Part shown: positions 35,501-47,700 of the stretch, in pieces
Position numbering within the stretch: the first letter of the stretch is position 1
Layout: each line of letters starts with the position of its first letter
Source: Trichosphaerium sp. ATCC 40318
Lineage: Eukaryota; Protista; Tubulinea
Length of the DNA stretch: 64,000 nucleotides
Reading direction: 5' to 3'
NCBI GenBank assembly: GCA_038496445.1
Contig: JALMLS010000276.1
Span: forward strand, 29,868 to 93,867
The notes under the pieces: model-generated
The model's database searches: none
Told to the model about the DNA's origin: nothing
The model's input: the letters and a program-made list of their open reading frames with translations, nothing else
Program-made: the position numbers and the translations under genes

Positions 35501-36792
35501 GTCTGTGCTCTTTGGCTCGCATGGATTGAAGTTCGTTGGGCTGTTTGGACCGACAAACACACAAGTAGCGTTTTGCTGAGCTGATTCAGGACAGTATGCA
35601 CAATCACCATCACAATCAGTCTCATTCCTTCCTTTACAGAGTTGATTGATGCTATCTCCGCAAGGATCTTTTCCTTCAAAACGGAAAGCGCACTCGTTAG
35701 ATCTCTGACAAAAGACACATTCTGGTAGAACTACACAAAGAGTCAAACAAAAGTCGGAAAAAGAGGAAAGGTAGAAACTTCGAAGAAAAAGGGAAAAAAA
35801 AAAAGAGTCTTCATATTTTCGGCTTTGTTTTTGTGTGGTTGAACGTACTTGCGCAGAAGTCTGGTGATAGATTCTTACAAGGATCGTTTGAATCACCACA
35901 GCTATTATACAAAGGACCAAAGTTAAATCTACATTCTTGTTGTTGTTGACACTCTTCGCATTCGTTTGTACAATTTACCGATTTTCTTTCTTTACATGGT
36001 GTCCAGTTTAGTTGATCAGTTGGACACTCAATCGAGTTGTGTATACAACCACCAAAATCATCAAATAAATTACAATATTTACATTCTCCAGAGCACTCGT
36101 TTGGTCTCTTTCCACGGCACTTACTACCGCAAACAGGGAGAGCAGGGTGTTCTGATTTACCCTCACAAAAGCCTTGTTGTTCACACCAACGACAGTTATT
36201 GTTGGTATCTAAAAAAGGAAAAATGTTAATGGATTGTAACAGTTAACAAGTGCAACAGAAATTCTCTTTTTTTTTTTGGCTCAAGAGTTTTTTTGTTCAG
36301 AAGTTCGAGAAAGAGAACGTACCACCACAAGCTGTTTTATTTACATGTACTGAGCAGTTGAGAGGTGCACAGGGGCGCGTAGAATTAAGTAAGCCACAGA
36401 TACCATCGTTTTCGTTACCACACCATACACACGCTATGTAAAGAGGTTAGCTTACTGAAAAAGGAGTAACGATTCAAAAAAACAGTTACTAAAATAAGAA
36501 AAAAAATCCGAGTTGCAATTTTAGACTTTTTTTTTTGTTTGTTGGTGGTCTTGTCACATACCTGATTCTTCGTAGCAACCTGATTGGTCAAAATACATGC
36601 AATCTGGTACTTTAGTATCTATAAAAAGAGCATAAGGACAAACAACGTAAGAAGCGTAATCAGATGGTTTCTAAACAAGGCGCAACGGTTCGGCGTGCGT
36701 GACAAAAAAAAAAAAAAAAAAAAGGAAGGTTCGAACGTACAAACAATGGCTGCACACAGAAGCGTTAATAGAACTGTAGTTCGGTTTAACAT
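32548..36792 (-). CDS. Large Cys-rich cell-surface protein with PSI-like repeats, Ser/Thr/Pro stalk and probable GPI signal
   Basis: Signal MLNRTTVLLTLLCAA; many C.WC/C.FC...C...DPC exon modules; PVAPIA stalk; hydrophobic C-terminus. Confidence 0.8.
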
Positions 36793-37432
36793 TATTTTCC
36801 AATTCTTATATATGTATCTTTTCAATCCCTTCTTATAGTTATTACGAGAGTTGCTCTGCTGGTATTTTTGGAATTAAATGGTTCGTGCTACTGATGTTGA
36901 CTTTTTGTTCAGGAATTTCAGTTTTTTGTAGTTTTTTCCTAAATTTAGTGTTCTGTCCACCCCTTTTTTCTCCAACTTTTCTTTTCTTAGATTACCTATT
37001 TAATATAGCCTATTGTGATACTTTTTGGTTGATTTCATGCTGAAGCAATTGATAAACTCCGTCAGAGTTTTTTTAACCACCAAAAAAAACTTAAGAGTCA
37101 AAATACGCCGTAAACGATATCCCTACGCGTAGAATACCTGTTCTAAGCGATTTTGATCTTCTTTAATGGGTTTCACGGTAGTGTAAAAATAAACTACTAA
37201 AAACCCCCCCTAAACATCCTAAAAACCACCATAACGTTGCGTAATATCACCAAATCAAGTTCAAGATTCAATTTGGTTTTTTAAGATGCATGCAAGGAAA
37301 TTTAGTGAAATTTCAGGATTTTTCAATGTAGTTTTTTGTGCCTTTCGAAACGAAGCTACTTACTGTTTTATTTTGTTGTTGTTATACATTCATTGTTGGA
37401 TAAGACAAGACCACTGATACACGTTTTATCTA

Positions 37433-38671
37433 TCAATTAGGGACAAACTTCCTTTTATCCTCATCAAATCGCCTCTCTGATGCGTATTCGCGTTGGACGT
37501 ATGGTTCATCAGGACCTAAAACGTGTAAGCAAACAAGAACAAGCACCATAAATCTCGAATAAAAAGAATAACTGCCTCAGTTTTAGCACTTCTACAGCAG
37601 GCTCTGCAACACAAGAAAAACACTTGGAGTATTTTACTGAGGCAAGGTGAAGAATAGCAGTAGATAGGGTAAAGCAAATTTAAAAGAGTTGTACTTGGAA
37701 GACCGCTTGTTGATCCACGTGGGCCAAAGTACTTGTTACGTATTTGGTCTCTCTTTGATGATCTTTCAGAATTTCTTGGTTTTTTACTACCATAATCCGT
37801 TGTCTAAATAACCACGTGTTAGCAATACAGGATTGTTGTTTGTAAAGTAATCTTTACCTTGACTTCAATCTCTTCGTATCCTTCACGTCTTCTTCTGCTT
37901 TTACGGCTGCAACGACAACAACAGCAACTACATATAATAATACCAAGAACAAGTACTACCAAAATACCACCAGCAGCGCTAACCAAAACGATAATTCCAT
38001 TCACCTTTACAACACGAATAAGTCAAAAAAAAAAAAAACAGCTCAATCTTTAATTTCTTGTACCGAGCACTGTTTCCATCGCCAATCTGAGCAAGTACCT
38101 AAGAATACAAAGTTACTATTTTAGTAAGAGCTTAAAACCAAAAAAATTTGCCATAAACACGTGCGAAGCACTTTGTGTGCCTTGTTAAGTTACTAGTAAA
38201 TAAAAGTTGTTTTGTTGTTGGTGTAAAAACACGTGCTTGTTCCGTAAAAAGCGCCATCAACACACGTGGCATCACCATTACACCAAGCGCATTTCCATTC
38301 TTTAACACAAGCGCTACAACTTAACAAAGTACCACAATGACTTGTAACGTTTGTATTATTACTCCTAAAGAAGGCGTAAGAAAGTCTTTCATCAATAAAA
38401 AAAAGAAATCAAGTATTTTGTCGTTTGAGAAAAGTTGTCGGATTTTTTAGTCGTTGTTTTGGCGTTTAGAACGCCAGAAGAAAACAAAGAGCCGGTTTTG
38501 TATGATTTTTAGTAATAAACGTACGCATTTGTCTTAATTATGCCATTGGATGTATAAAAAGCGTTATGGGCGCCTAACGGCGTAATTTGTTAGTTTATTC
38601 CTGATTTTATAAGACACGTAACTGCAAGCGCAATAAAAAGACGCAACAATAATAAACAACAAGAGACGCAT
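37433..38671 (-). CDS. PTTG1IP-like PSI-domain single-pass membrane protein
   Basis: Signal peptide, SCSACVKEWKCAWC, TM helix, CSCCCCRC cluster and KRDQIRNKY motif. Confidence 0.7.
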
Positions 38672-38843
38672 CTTGTACGGGGTGTGGATTTCTTTCTTTG
38701 TTTTGGCTAAGCCACAAACATCGCTTAATCTAGTTTTAACTGCTTTTTCCGACTTAACCTTTTTTGCTCTTGTACTCACTTTCTGGTTCTACAAATTGAT
38801 CGAATTAACCATCTTTATTATCATTAAAGTCGGTTACATTGTT

Positions 38844-41121
38844 TTAAGCAACAGAGATGCCTTCTGCTTTTGGAGGGACAGGAACAAAAGGTTTGTGTTG
38901 ATCAACCATCAATCTTAGAATCTCTGATGTTATTGTAGGAAACTTATCCTTGATATCAACCTTTTGTCCTAGATCGGTTGTAAGATCATACAAAAAGAAC
39001 TCTCCGTTTGGATGCTTAGTGCAGTAGTCTGGGATAGGGTATTCTGCATTAGGAGTAGGTCCAAGACAAACACCAGTGTAGTTGCCTTTCAAAAAAGTAA
39101 GTATTTTAGGAATAGATAGAAGTTCTTTTTTTTTGGCTCTCTGGCGTACCCATACGAACTGATTGACCGTAATGGCAATCTAGAGCTTTAATTGACTTGC
39201 ATACTGGATCTTGAGGATCACCAAACTCGTGGTAGATGAACTCAGGCTGTTTTTGTTTTTGTCCAAACATTGTTGGTTTTGCTGAGTATCCATCAATGTC
39301 CTTTTGTTGAAAGTACTTGTAAGTCATTTATAAGAGCATAAGTGAGATCGTACTTCTGGGTATGCTGATGTTGGAATTTCAGCCAAATCAGCTAACGTTG
39401 GAAGCAAATCGTAAAAAGCAAATTGCTGGTCAGTAACACCTATAACTGTTTCAGCGACGATGTATTTTTTTGTTTCTTGGCTTCGTTTTGTTAACGCCGT
39501 TTTTACAATACCTGGTTTTATTTTTCCAGGCCAACGCACCATGAAGGCAGCACGATGTCCACCTTCGTGGAGCGATCTTTTAAATCCGTTCAAAGGCCCA
39601 GAAGACTCAAAAAATTCGTATTTGTGACCTCCCTTTTGAAGATTAAAAAACACCATGATTTGTACTTGTAGTCTACCTCGTTGTGTGCTCCATTGTCTGA
39701 ACTCCACATTACTATTGTATCTTCTTCTAAACCAAGGGAGTCAAGTTTTGCTATTACTTCACCACTCAAAGTGTCAACAGTCGTAACAGCGGTAGCAAAA
39801 TCTTTTTCAACTTTTGGCCAAGATTCCTTTGCATATGGTCCTTTGCTAGTTCTAGGAACAGGAACATCATTCTCAACTATAATTAAGAACATAATTAGAT
39901 TAAACATCAATCAAAGAACGGATTATTACCTGTGCTGCCCACAGAACCTGCATGTGGAGTAGTGAATGATAAGAAAATGTACCAAGGCTGTTCTTTATTT
40001 TTAGCCTATCAGTAAGGATTAGAAAAAATGTTCAATGACACAACGGTTCGGAAAGCTAAAAATCTTACAACTTGGTCCAATAAACGTAAGGTATCATTAA
40101 CCCATAAGTCTCCTGTCCATTGACAATTATCGTAATCGAATCCACACTTGGATACACTAGCGCCAAAGTTTGCTGGAATAGATTCATTAACAGCATTCCT
40201 CCATTGCCATGCTGGATAGTAGTTATGACATATGGCTTGATCGACCTGACCGTAGTAATAATCAAAGCCCTAGTACATTAATTTTAGTTGTTTCCTTGTT
40301 AGTGCTTGTATTAATGCTGACGTACTTGAATAGTTGGAAAACCAGGTCCTAGTTTGGTAGGAGTTGGAAGGCTGCCGTCTAAGCCCCACTTACCAACGAG
40401 CGCAGTGTAGTACCCGTTATCCTTTAGCATTGATGCAATAGTAGTGCTGGTGTTCTTGAGAATACAAGCATTACCGCTTCCACCAATAATATGACCTTGG
40501 TGATACCCTAACAAAAAACAATGATGACTACATTCAAGAAAGTTTGAAAAAAAAGTTGGTTTGGCCTTCAACCTCGAGCTAGTTTGAAAAACTTCGATTT
40601 GCTTTTTGAGTTTAAAGTGGCGCTAATTATCTGTAATAATGTTTTGTGTACAAAACACTTAAAGAATACGAACTTTTCTCTTCAAAAAAAAGTAGTTGTA
40701 CTTTTCTTTTTCTTTTTTTTTTTCGCTCTTGATCACGTGATAAATCCAAATTAAAGCGATGAAACACGAAAATTATAAAAGATAAAGCGTTAAGAGTCTT
40801 ATACCTGTCATTAGCGCGAATCTACTAGGAGAACACACAGGAGCACCAGCGTATGCGTCAGTAAACATCAAAGACTAGTTTTTCGCTGTTAATATAGGCC
40901 AAGTACCGATAGATTACAGTTCTACGTACTTCAGAAGCGAATTTATCGAGTAGTGGCGTATGTAAGCGCCCATGAGGAGAGTTAGGGTTTGGGTAAACAT
41001 TAACATCGCCATAACCCAAGTCGTCCGCTAGAATAAACAGAATGTTCGGTTTTTTGGCATTAGAGACTGTTAAAAGTACTAAGGCACACAGTAGTACTGC
41101 TAATTGAGTAGTAGCTGCCAT
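38844..41121 (-). CDS. Secreted arylsulfatase (formylglycine-dependent S1 family)
   Basis: KPNILFILADDLGYGD, CSPSR...LMTG, GYYTALVGKWGL, SSDNG, GFKRSLHEGGHR, LYDLTTDLGQ. Confidence 0.93.
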
Positions 41122-41415
41122 GCTTTGGTAGTGGTGAGGGTAAAAACGAATCACATGTGCACGTGTCGTAGAAAACAAAGAAAGTCATGAGATTGTTGCT
41201 ATCACAACTTACTGAACCTCGCCTGAGGAAAACTACTTAACGGACCGTCAGGGAGAATGTACGCTTGCAGAAGGCAAACCCAAGCGCTTGACATTGAGTC
41301 AATCTCATTCACAAAAACAATAGCATAATCCGAAGTTAGAATACTAGAGAGCCTATTAAGGCTTCATTATTGAACATAAAAAGGCGCTCAGCTTTTCTGT
41401 AGATACTAGTTTATT

Positions 41416-42768
41416 TTATTGAAGATTGTCGATGCCTCTGCATGAGCACGACCATGTATAGGGTACTTCAGAGCAATGCTCTGATATATTCTTACACTCG
41501 AATAAATGCATTTTAGTTCTTCCTTCAAGAGAAAGTACGCCTTCATCGGTTATAGGTAGTCCCCTAGCGCATATATAATGAGCACCTACCAACGATGATA
41601 AACCAACATCTGTAACTTGTGTACCACACAAATAAATGTCATGTACTCCAGCCAGCGCTTTAACACCCTCATCTGTGATTCTAGTACAATAATACAAAGA
41701 AATATACTTAACACCAGCAAGTGCTTTTACACCTTGATCGGTTATATTACTGTTGTTATTAAGAACTATCTTTGATATGCCAGCAAGTTTACTAATACCT
41801 TCATCAGTCAACGAACTACAATGTCCAAGTATCAATGTATGTACACCAGAAAGTGACTTAATACAATCATCATTCACACCTGTTGCTCCTGTTAAATCTA
41901 CGTGATGTGCACCAGCAAGAGATGAAATACTCTCTGTTGTTGTACCAGTACATCCTGATAGATTGATAGTATGTACACCAGCCAAGGATGAAATACTCTT
42001 CTCGGTGATTAAGGTGTTTCCGTTAACTGAAATAGTGTGGATATTTCTTTTGGAAAGGGATAGTATACCCTTGTCTGTAATTGCATTACCACTCACATTA
42101 ATGTATTCAATACACTCAAGTCCCTTTAATCCATTGTCAGTAATACCACCACACAGTCGTACATCTAGATCAACAACAGTTGAAAGAGCTCCAATACCTT
42201 CATCTGTTATTTTATAGCAATGACGAAGATGAACTTTATGTGCGCCCTGAAGTGCTTTGATCCCTTTATCTGTTACTAAAACGCAACCATTTAAATTTAT
42301 AGAATGAACACCAGCTAGAGACATACATACATCATCTGTTACATTTTTATTAAAAGCCAAGCTGATAGTGTGAACACCGGCAAGTTTTTTCAATGTTGAA
42401 TTTTCTATTTTTGAATTACTTAGATCAATCTTTTGTACGCCTGAGAGTAATGATATATCGCTATTGATAATATTATACTTTGTCAACCATGCTATAGAAT
42501 TAAGTAGACCACTATAATCGTCATAACAATGGCAATCCAAGAAGGATTTCTTCAACAAAGCTGGAACTTTTCTTATTCTTAGTACATCAGCACGTGACTT
42601 AACACTTATGTTAATGTAGCCCAAGTGAAAGTGAATCAACGAAGCGAATAATCTACATGTTGCTACCAAGGAGTACCGTGATATTGTGAGGTTCTTAAAT
42701 ACATGACAAATCGTCTCTGTTGGAAGAAGCCTGAACAAACTCGAAGACAATGCCCTTTCTGATGCCAT
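41416..42768 (-). CDS. F-box/LRR protein (long type), intronless
   Basis: LPTETICHVF F-box and more than ten LAGVHTIxL...TDEG repeats. Confidence 0.9.
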   Translation of the reverse strand: MASERALSSSLFRLLPTETICHVFKNLTISRYSLVATCRLFASLIHFHLGYINISVKSRADVLRIRKVPALLKKSFLDCHCYDDYSGLLNSIAWLTKYNIINSDISLLSGVQKIDLSNSKIENSTLKKLAGVHTISLAFNKNVTDDVCMSLAGVHSINLNGCVLVTDKGIKALQGAHKVHLRHCYKITDEGIGALSTVVDLDVRLCGGITDNGLKGLECIEYINVSGNAITDKGILSLSKRNIHTISVNGNTLITEKSISSLAGVHTINLSGCTGTTTESISSLAGAHHVDLTGATGVNDDCIKSLSGVHTLILGHCSSLTDEGISKLAGISKIVLNNNSNITDQGVKALAGVKYISLYYCTRITDEGVKALAGVHDIYLCGTQVTDVGLSSLVGAHYICARGLPITDEGVLSLEGRTKMHLFECKNISEHCSEVPYTWSCSCRGIDNLQ

Positions 42769-43191
42769 AAGTTGCCTGTAAGTTGCTTTTTTGAGTAAGT
42801 GAATACGTAATCTTTAGTGAGGTAAGTTAGAGTGGTTTTTAAGATAACGGCAACGTCGCTGTTTCAGGTAATTCAGCTGTCAGAGCAAAAACTGATGAAA
42901 GTCAACTTTTTTCCTTCTGATTTCTTTAGAACATCTTTTCACCTTTAGAAAAGTCATCGCGCTATCGTGCACGTTTTGTTCTTTCACCACAATGACTCTC
43001 GAACGCTAGTCTGACTTTTTGCTCACGATGACACTTTTTAACAGAAAAAGCTCTAACGCGCTTTAATAGTAATACCAGATGCGTAAAAGCGCGTAAACGG
43101 GTACTCTTTGTCTGACAAGCAACGTACAAGCCAGTCACCAAAAATCAACGGCTTTTTGACCGAAATATCCTAAACACACTCCGGAGATAGC

Positions 43192-44463
43192 ATGGACTTT
43201 TGTACAAAGTTCAAGAAGGATTTAAAGAGCGATACCGCTAAATTTGGCGCAAAGTATGACGAGAAGCGTATGGACGCTGTATTTGCGCTATTCAAAGACA
43301 CATACATGCAAAAAACACCAAGTACTTTCTTTCAAATCCGATACAACACAAAACCAGGCAAAGACCCAGTTATCAACTTCAGAGCAGAAGTCAGTGCAGA
43401 CAAAGACAAACTGTACGTTAAAACGCACCGATAACTAAAAACGGCCATCATTTGCCCGTTTATTCCATTCACTATCCCACAGTGAGCGTCGCCACCGGCG
43501 AAAACAAACTATAGTTTATTTCGGTAATTAAAGCTAGATTACGTCACAAAAACGCCTAATTAGTACTTTATTGTTTTACTGATAATTTTCCCAAAGCAAG
43601 TCTTCTTTCAACCCAATGGACATTATCAAAGCATCTTCCCTAAAACAAGATGCCTATGGACCTTCAAAAGCTTATGCTAAGGAGCTAGGATATCTGATAT
43701 CAAGTGCACTAGATTCTTTCCCATCATTTGCGCTCGCTCTTGACTTTGACACTTCTGAGGGTTTGGTTAAGTTATGGCACTTCGGTGCTTATTCTCTTGA
43801 GGAGCTTGCTTCTCTTCCTGAATCACCAAAAGCTTTAAAAGCTTTTGTGAAACCATTAGAGGAACTAGATATGACTGATTGTTATTGTACGGGTGTAGAC
43901 TATACGAAGGGATCGATGAATGTTTATTTCATTAATAATTGCATCACATCTAAAGCTGTGTTGAAAGCTTTATCCATTTTTGGATTTGAAGCACCACCTC
44001 GTACGTCATAGATAGGGTTTTTGTGTTTGATGGGTTTTTTTTGTACTGTCACGTGATGTGGTACTCTGTTCATGAAAGAACCGGAGTTAATTGGATTTTT
44101 TAGAGCATGTTGTTAAAGAGAGTTCACAAGCTTCTGCTTTGGCTGTAACATTTACTTGGGATAAGGACACACCTAGTCGATGTTGTTTCTATGTACCTAC
44201 AATGTTTATTGATGAACCAGAACACCAAAAGTTCGTTATGGATCATGTCTTGGCTACAACTGTTGTAGAAGGTTCGTTCTCATTTTGTATCTTGGTTTTT
44301 TGTTGTGACTGATTGTTTAGATGAACCTGGTGCATTCATGGGATTCTCCTTTGGGCCTAAGATGAGCGATCATTATAAGAAGCTGGAACAAGATTATTGC
44401 AACACATACTATGAATTCTTGACTGATTTGATACTCAAGCGTGAATCTCTAAAAAAGAAATAA
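43192..44463 (+). CDS. ABBA-fold aromatic prenyltransferase (CloQ/NphB type), four exons
   Basis: INFR, LDFDTSEGLVKLWHF, GVDYTKGSMNVYF, AVTFTW...SRCCFY and GFSFG...YKKLEQDY follow the PT-barrel strand order of the NphB/CloQ family. Confidence 0.8.
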
Positions 44464-44730
44464 GCGTTGGAATCCGATATAATAAACAAGTATTTAAAAG
44501 ACCTTTTCCGTTTATTGTATCATATCTGCAGGTTTAGAACCAAAAAACGTTTTGTGTACAGAGTGAGCTAGACTTTGATGTCGAAATCACTTTATTTTGG
44601 CAAAACGTACGAGTCATCCTTTGACTTTATCACATGTTGTAGCTAATGTTTCTTAACATTGTTTGAATAAGGCACCCTCCACAGTGTTAAGCGCAATTGT
44701 GAGGATGTTTGTATAAAACCAAAGAGGATA

Positions 44731-47700
44731 ATGGCTGAGCCAGAAGAAAAGGAACTCGTTGTTACCAACGGCGAGGCATTTTCAATAAATGGAGATCCAG
44801 AAAATCATAACGAAGATGACCAACAGACTCCTCTTGTTTCTAAAAGGCCTAGTAGCTTAACAACAACAGAACAGAAGAGGCTTTCAGAACAATTAGAGTT
44901 TTTTGCTCATTACCAGCCCTCAAGCCATAGTTCGGCTTTGTTTCCTAAAACATTGTCTGGTAAGCAAAAAACAACAAAAAGGACCGCTTGTGCTGTTTCT
45001 CTTGCTACTTTTGCATTTGTTATGGTTGTTATGGTACGTCTACGCTTAATTTTTGAAAATAAGATACCGTTTCGATCACGTGCGTACGACAAAAGATCAA
45101 ATTCTTCGTTTTTAGGTTTTAATTGTATTCTCTTTTGTTGTCGTTGTATATTTCAATGGGGTGCGTCTATCCTAGTTCCTCTTAGACTTTCGTTCATTTC
45201 TAACAAACGGTAAAGAAAATTCCAACTATAAACGGAGAGCAAGTTTACATCACGTCAACAACCGCAGGTACGACCAATAGCTATAGTTCCGAAAATGACA
45301 CGTTTTGTCATTGGGCGTTAACACTTTTTTGTTAAGAAACACAACTACACATTCAAGATTCTACCGGTGCTACGGGAGTGAATCTAGAGTCTAAAGGGGG
45401 CACTTTTTACATTGAAAACAAAGATAAGACTTTAAGAGTGTCAAGCAGCATGCAACGCAAAGCCTTGATAGTGTCATCAGCTGGCGACTTTGAGGCGAAT
45501 GGTGTAATCCAAGCGACTGACAAGGTACGCCTGTAATGTCATCACTATTCGTAGAGTATAGGGCTTATATATTGTAGTTTAAAATAACCAATGGCGCGAC
45601 AGATGAGGTGTCAGTTGCCATTGAAAGAGACGAGAACGTTTTAGGTGTTACATTTGATGAATATCGTATTTTATCGGTATGTTCACGTGTGCATTCATCA
45701 AAATGACTTAGAACGCTTTAGGCAGGTTTACTGGAACAACCAGATAATAATGATTCATTTTGGAGCTATGATAGAAACGACACATTTGTTCCTTTCATTC
45801 AAACAGAAGTACCTTTTTCTGTTCTAGAAGGTTGACTAAAAAATAAACCTAAAAAGTAAATGATGTTTTTAGGGGTTTCTGTCTTTCATTACATGGATAT
45901 TAATAACGCTGATTTGAATGTCAAAGGAGGAGATGTTACAGTACGTTAAAATTATAAGAAAGGACTCAAATGTTGTTTAGATAGAAGGAAATTTGATGTG
46001 CTCGGAAGCAGCAACTCTTCTCGGTATAGTTTTTCGCTTTTGATCTTTACTGTTTACCTAAAGTTAAGTTTAGATCTTACTGTTAATAGAACAGCTACCT
46101 TTTCTTGTGGTATACTTGCCAATCAAGTAAACGCAGTCGTTTTGTTGTTGATCTCTAATGAGAGAAAATTAGGAAAGTATAATGGATCAACTTTTTGTTT
46201 CTGAGAATATAACCGTTTCTGGATGGACAGTTGCAAGAGGAGGTCTTGATTTATCTGGAGATCTTATATGTGGTAATGTAAACATACTTGGATACGCATC
46301 ATTAAAGATGAACATGACGGTATATGGTCAAACACTATTGGTAAGAGGAATGTTTTTTTTCGAATGTAAAGTTTTAACGGGAAGTATTTCTAGGAGAGCA
46401 ACATGACTGTCAACGCATGGAGTAATCTTAACGGTGGTGCAGTGACACCTATATTAAATGTTCAAGAGAGAGCCACTATACAAGGGCAATTTTTAGCTGA
46501 AGGAGGAGCTCAAATTAACAAACAATTGATTGTTAAAGGTCATACATATGCCGAAAATGCAACATTTGCAGACACAGGTGCTATCAAACCTACGTATTGA
46601 TTTTTATCTTATTTACTTTGTTCAGTTACTGTTAATTCAAATACAATCTTGAGTGGTTACGTTGAAGGTCATGGTGGAGCATATTTATCAAATCTTACAG
46701 TTGGACCAACACTTGTATCTGGAACTCTTACAACACTTAAGCCTTTTATTGCAGACGATTATGTTCATGTCAAGAAATTTCTTGCTGTGGACGGATACGC
46801 TATAGTGAATGGTGGTCTAGAAGCTAGTAACCTCACAGTCGACACGCACGGACTGTTTAACGGTGACGTAACAATAGAAGGTAAAAAATTAGAATTCCGT
46901 TCGTACAGCATAGTGTCACAGTTTTTGGTTTATCTTTTTTGTGTAGGTGTATTAACAGCCTCTGGTGGATTAAAAGCAACTAGTGCTATAATAGGAAGTG
47001 GTACACTATCAACTCAAAATATAACATCTTCTGGATACTCAACGGTATGTTGATAAAGTAGCTTAAAAAAACCACATCCTGACTTAAACATAGTTTGCTC
47101 ATTTACTGTCTCCCGATGCAACTATTGGCACTTCCAAGCATAGTGTGGTACGCTCATCTATAATATAACTTAGAGTACTTATACTCGCGGTAGGGATTGA
47201 ACGTGAACGGTAAGCACACGTGTTATTTGTTATCCGCTGTGACGTTTGAAAAGGTAAAAGTAATTTTAATGCAAATGTCGATATATACGCACCTCTTGGT
47301 GTTAATGATCTCACTGTTTCCGATACAACACTCATGCAAGGCTATGTATCAATGTCAGGTATACTCGCACTTATTAAATACTACTGATTATAACTGCTTT
47401 TAAAGGAAACGCTGAAATTGCCGGTAATTTGCAAGTCAAGGGGTACACAAGCTTAAAACAACTCAAAGATTCAACGTTTATTTGTCATATAGAGAATCAA
47501 TGTTCCATACAATTGAGGCATCGTCAGTGAAGGTATCTGGTGGTGTAAACGCTGAAGGAACAGGCCAATTCTCCTCTATAAATATCAACAACTCAGTGAG
47601 CTCCAAGAGTATGCCTATTTTTTTATACATTGATTAAACAAAGCTTAACTATTTACTTCATTCTAGCATTAAATAGTCAATCAGCTACTTTCGGATCCCT

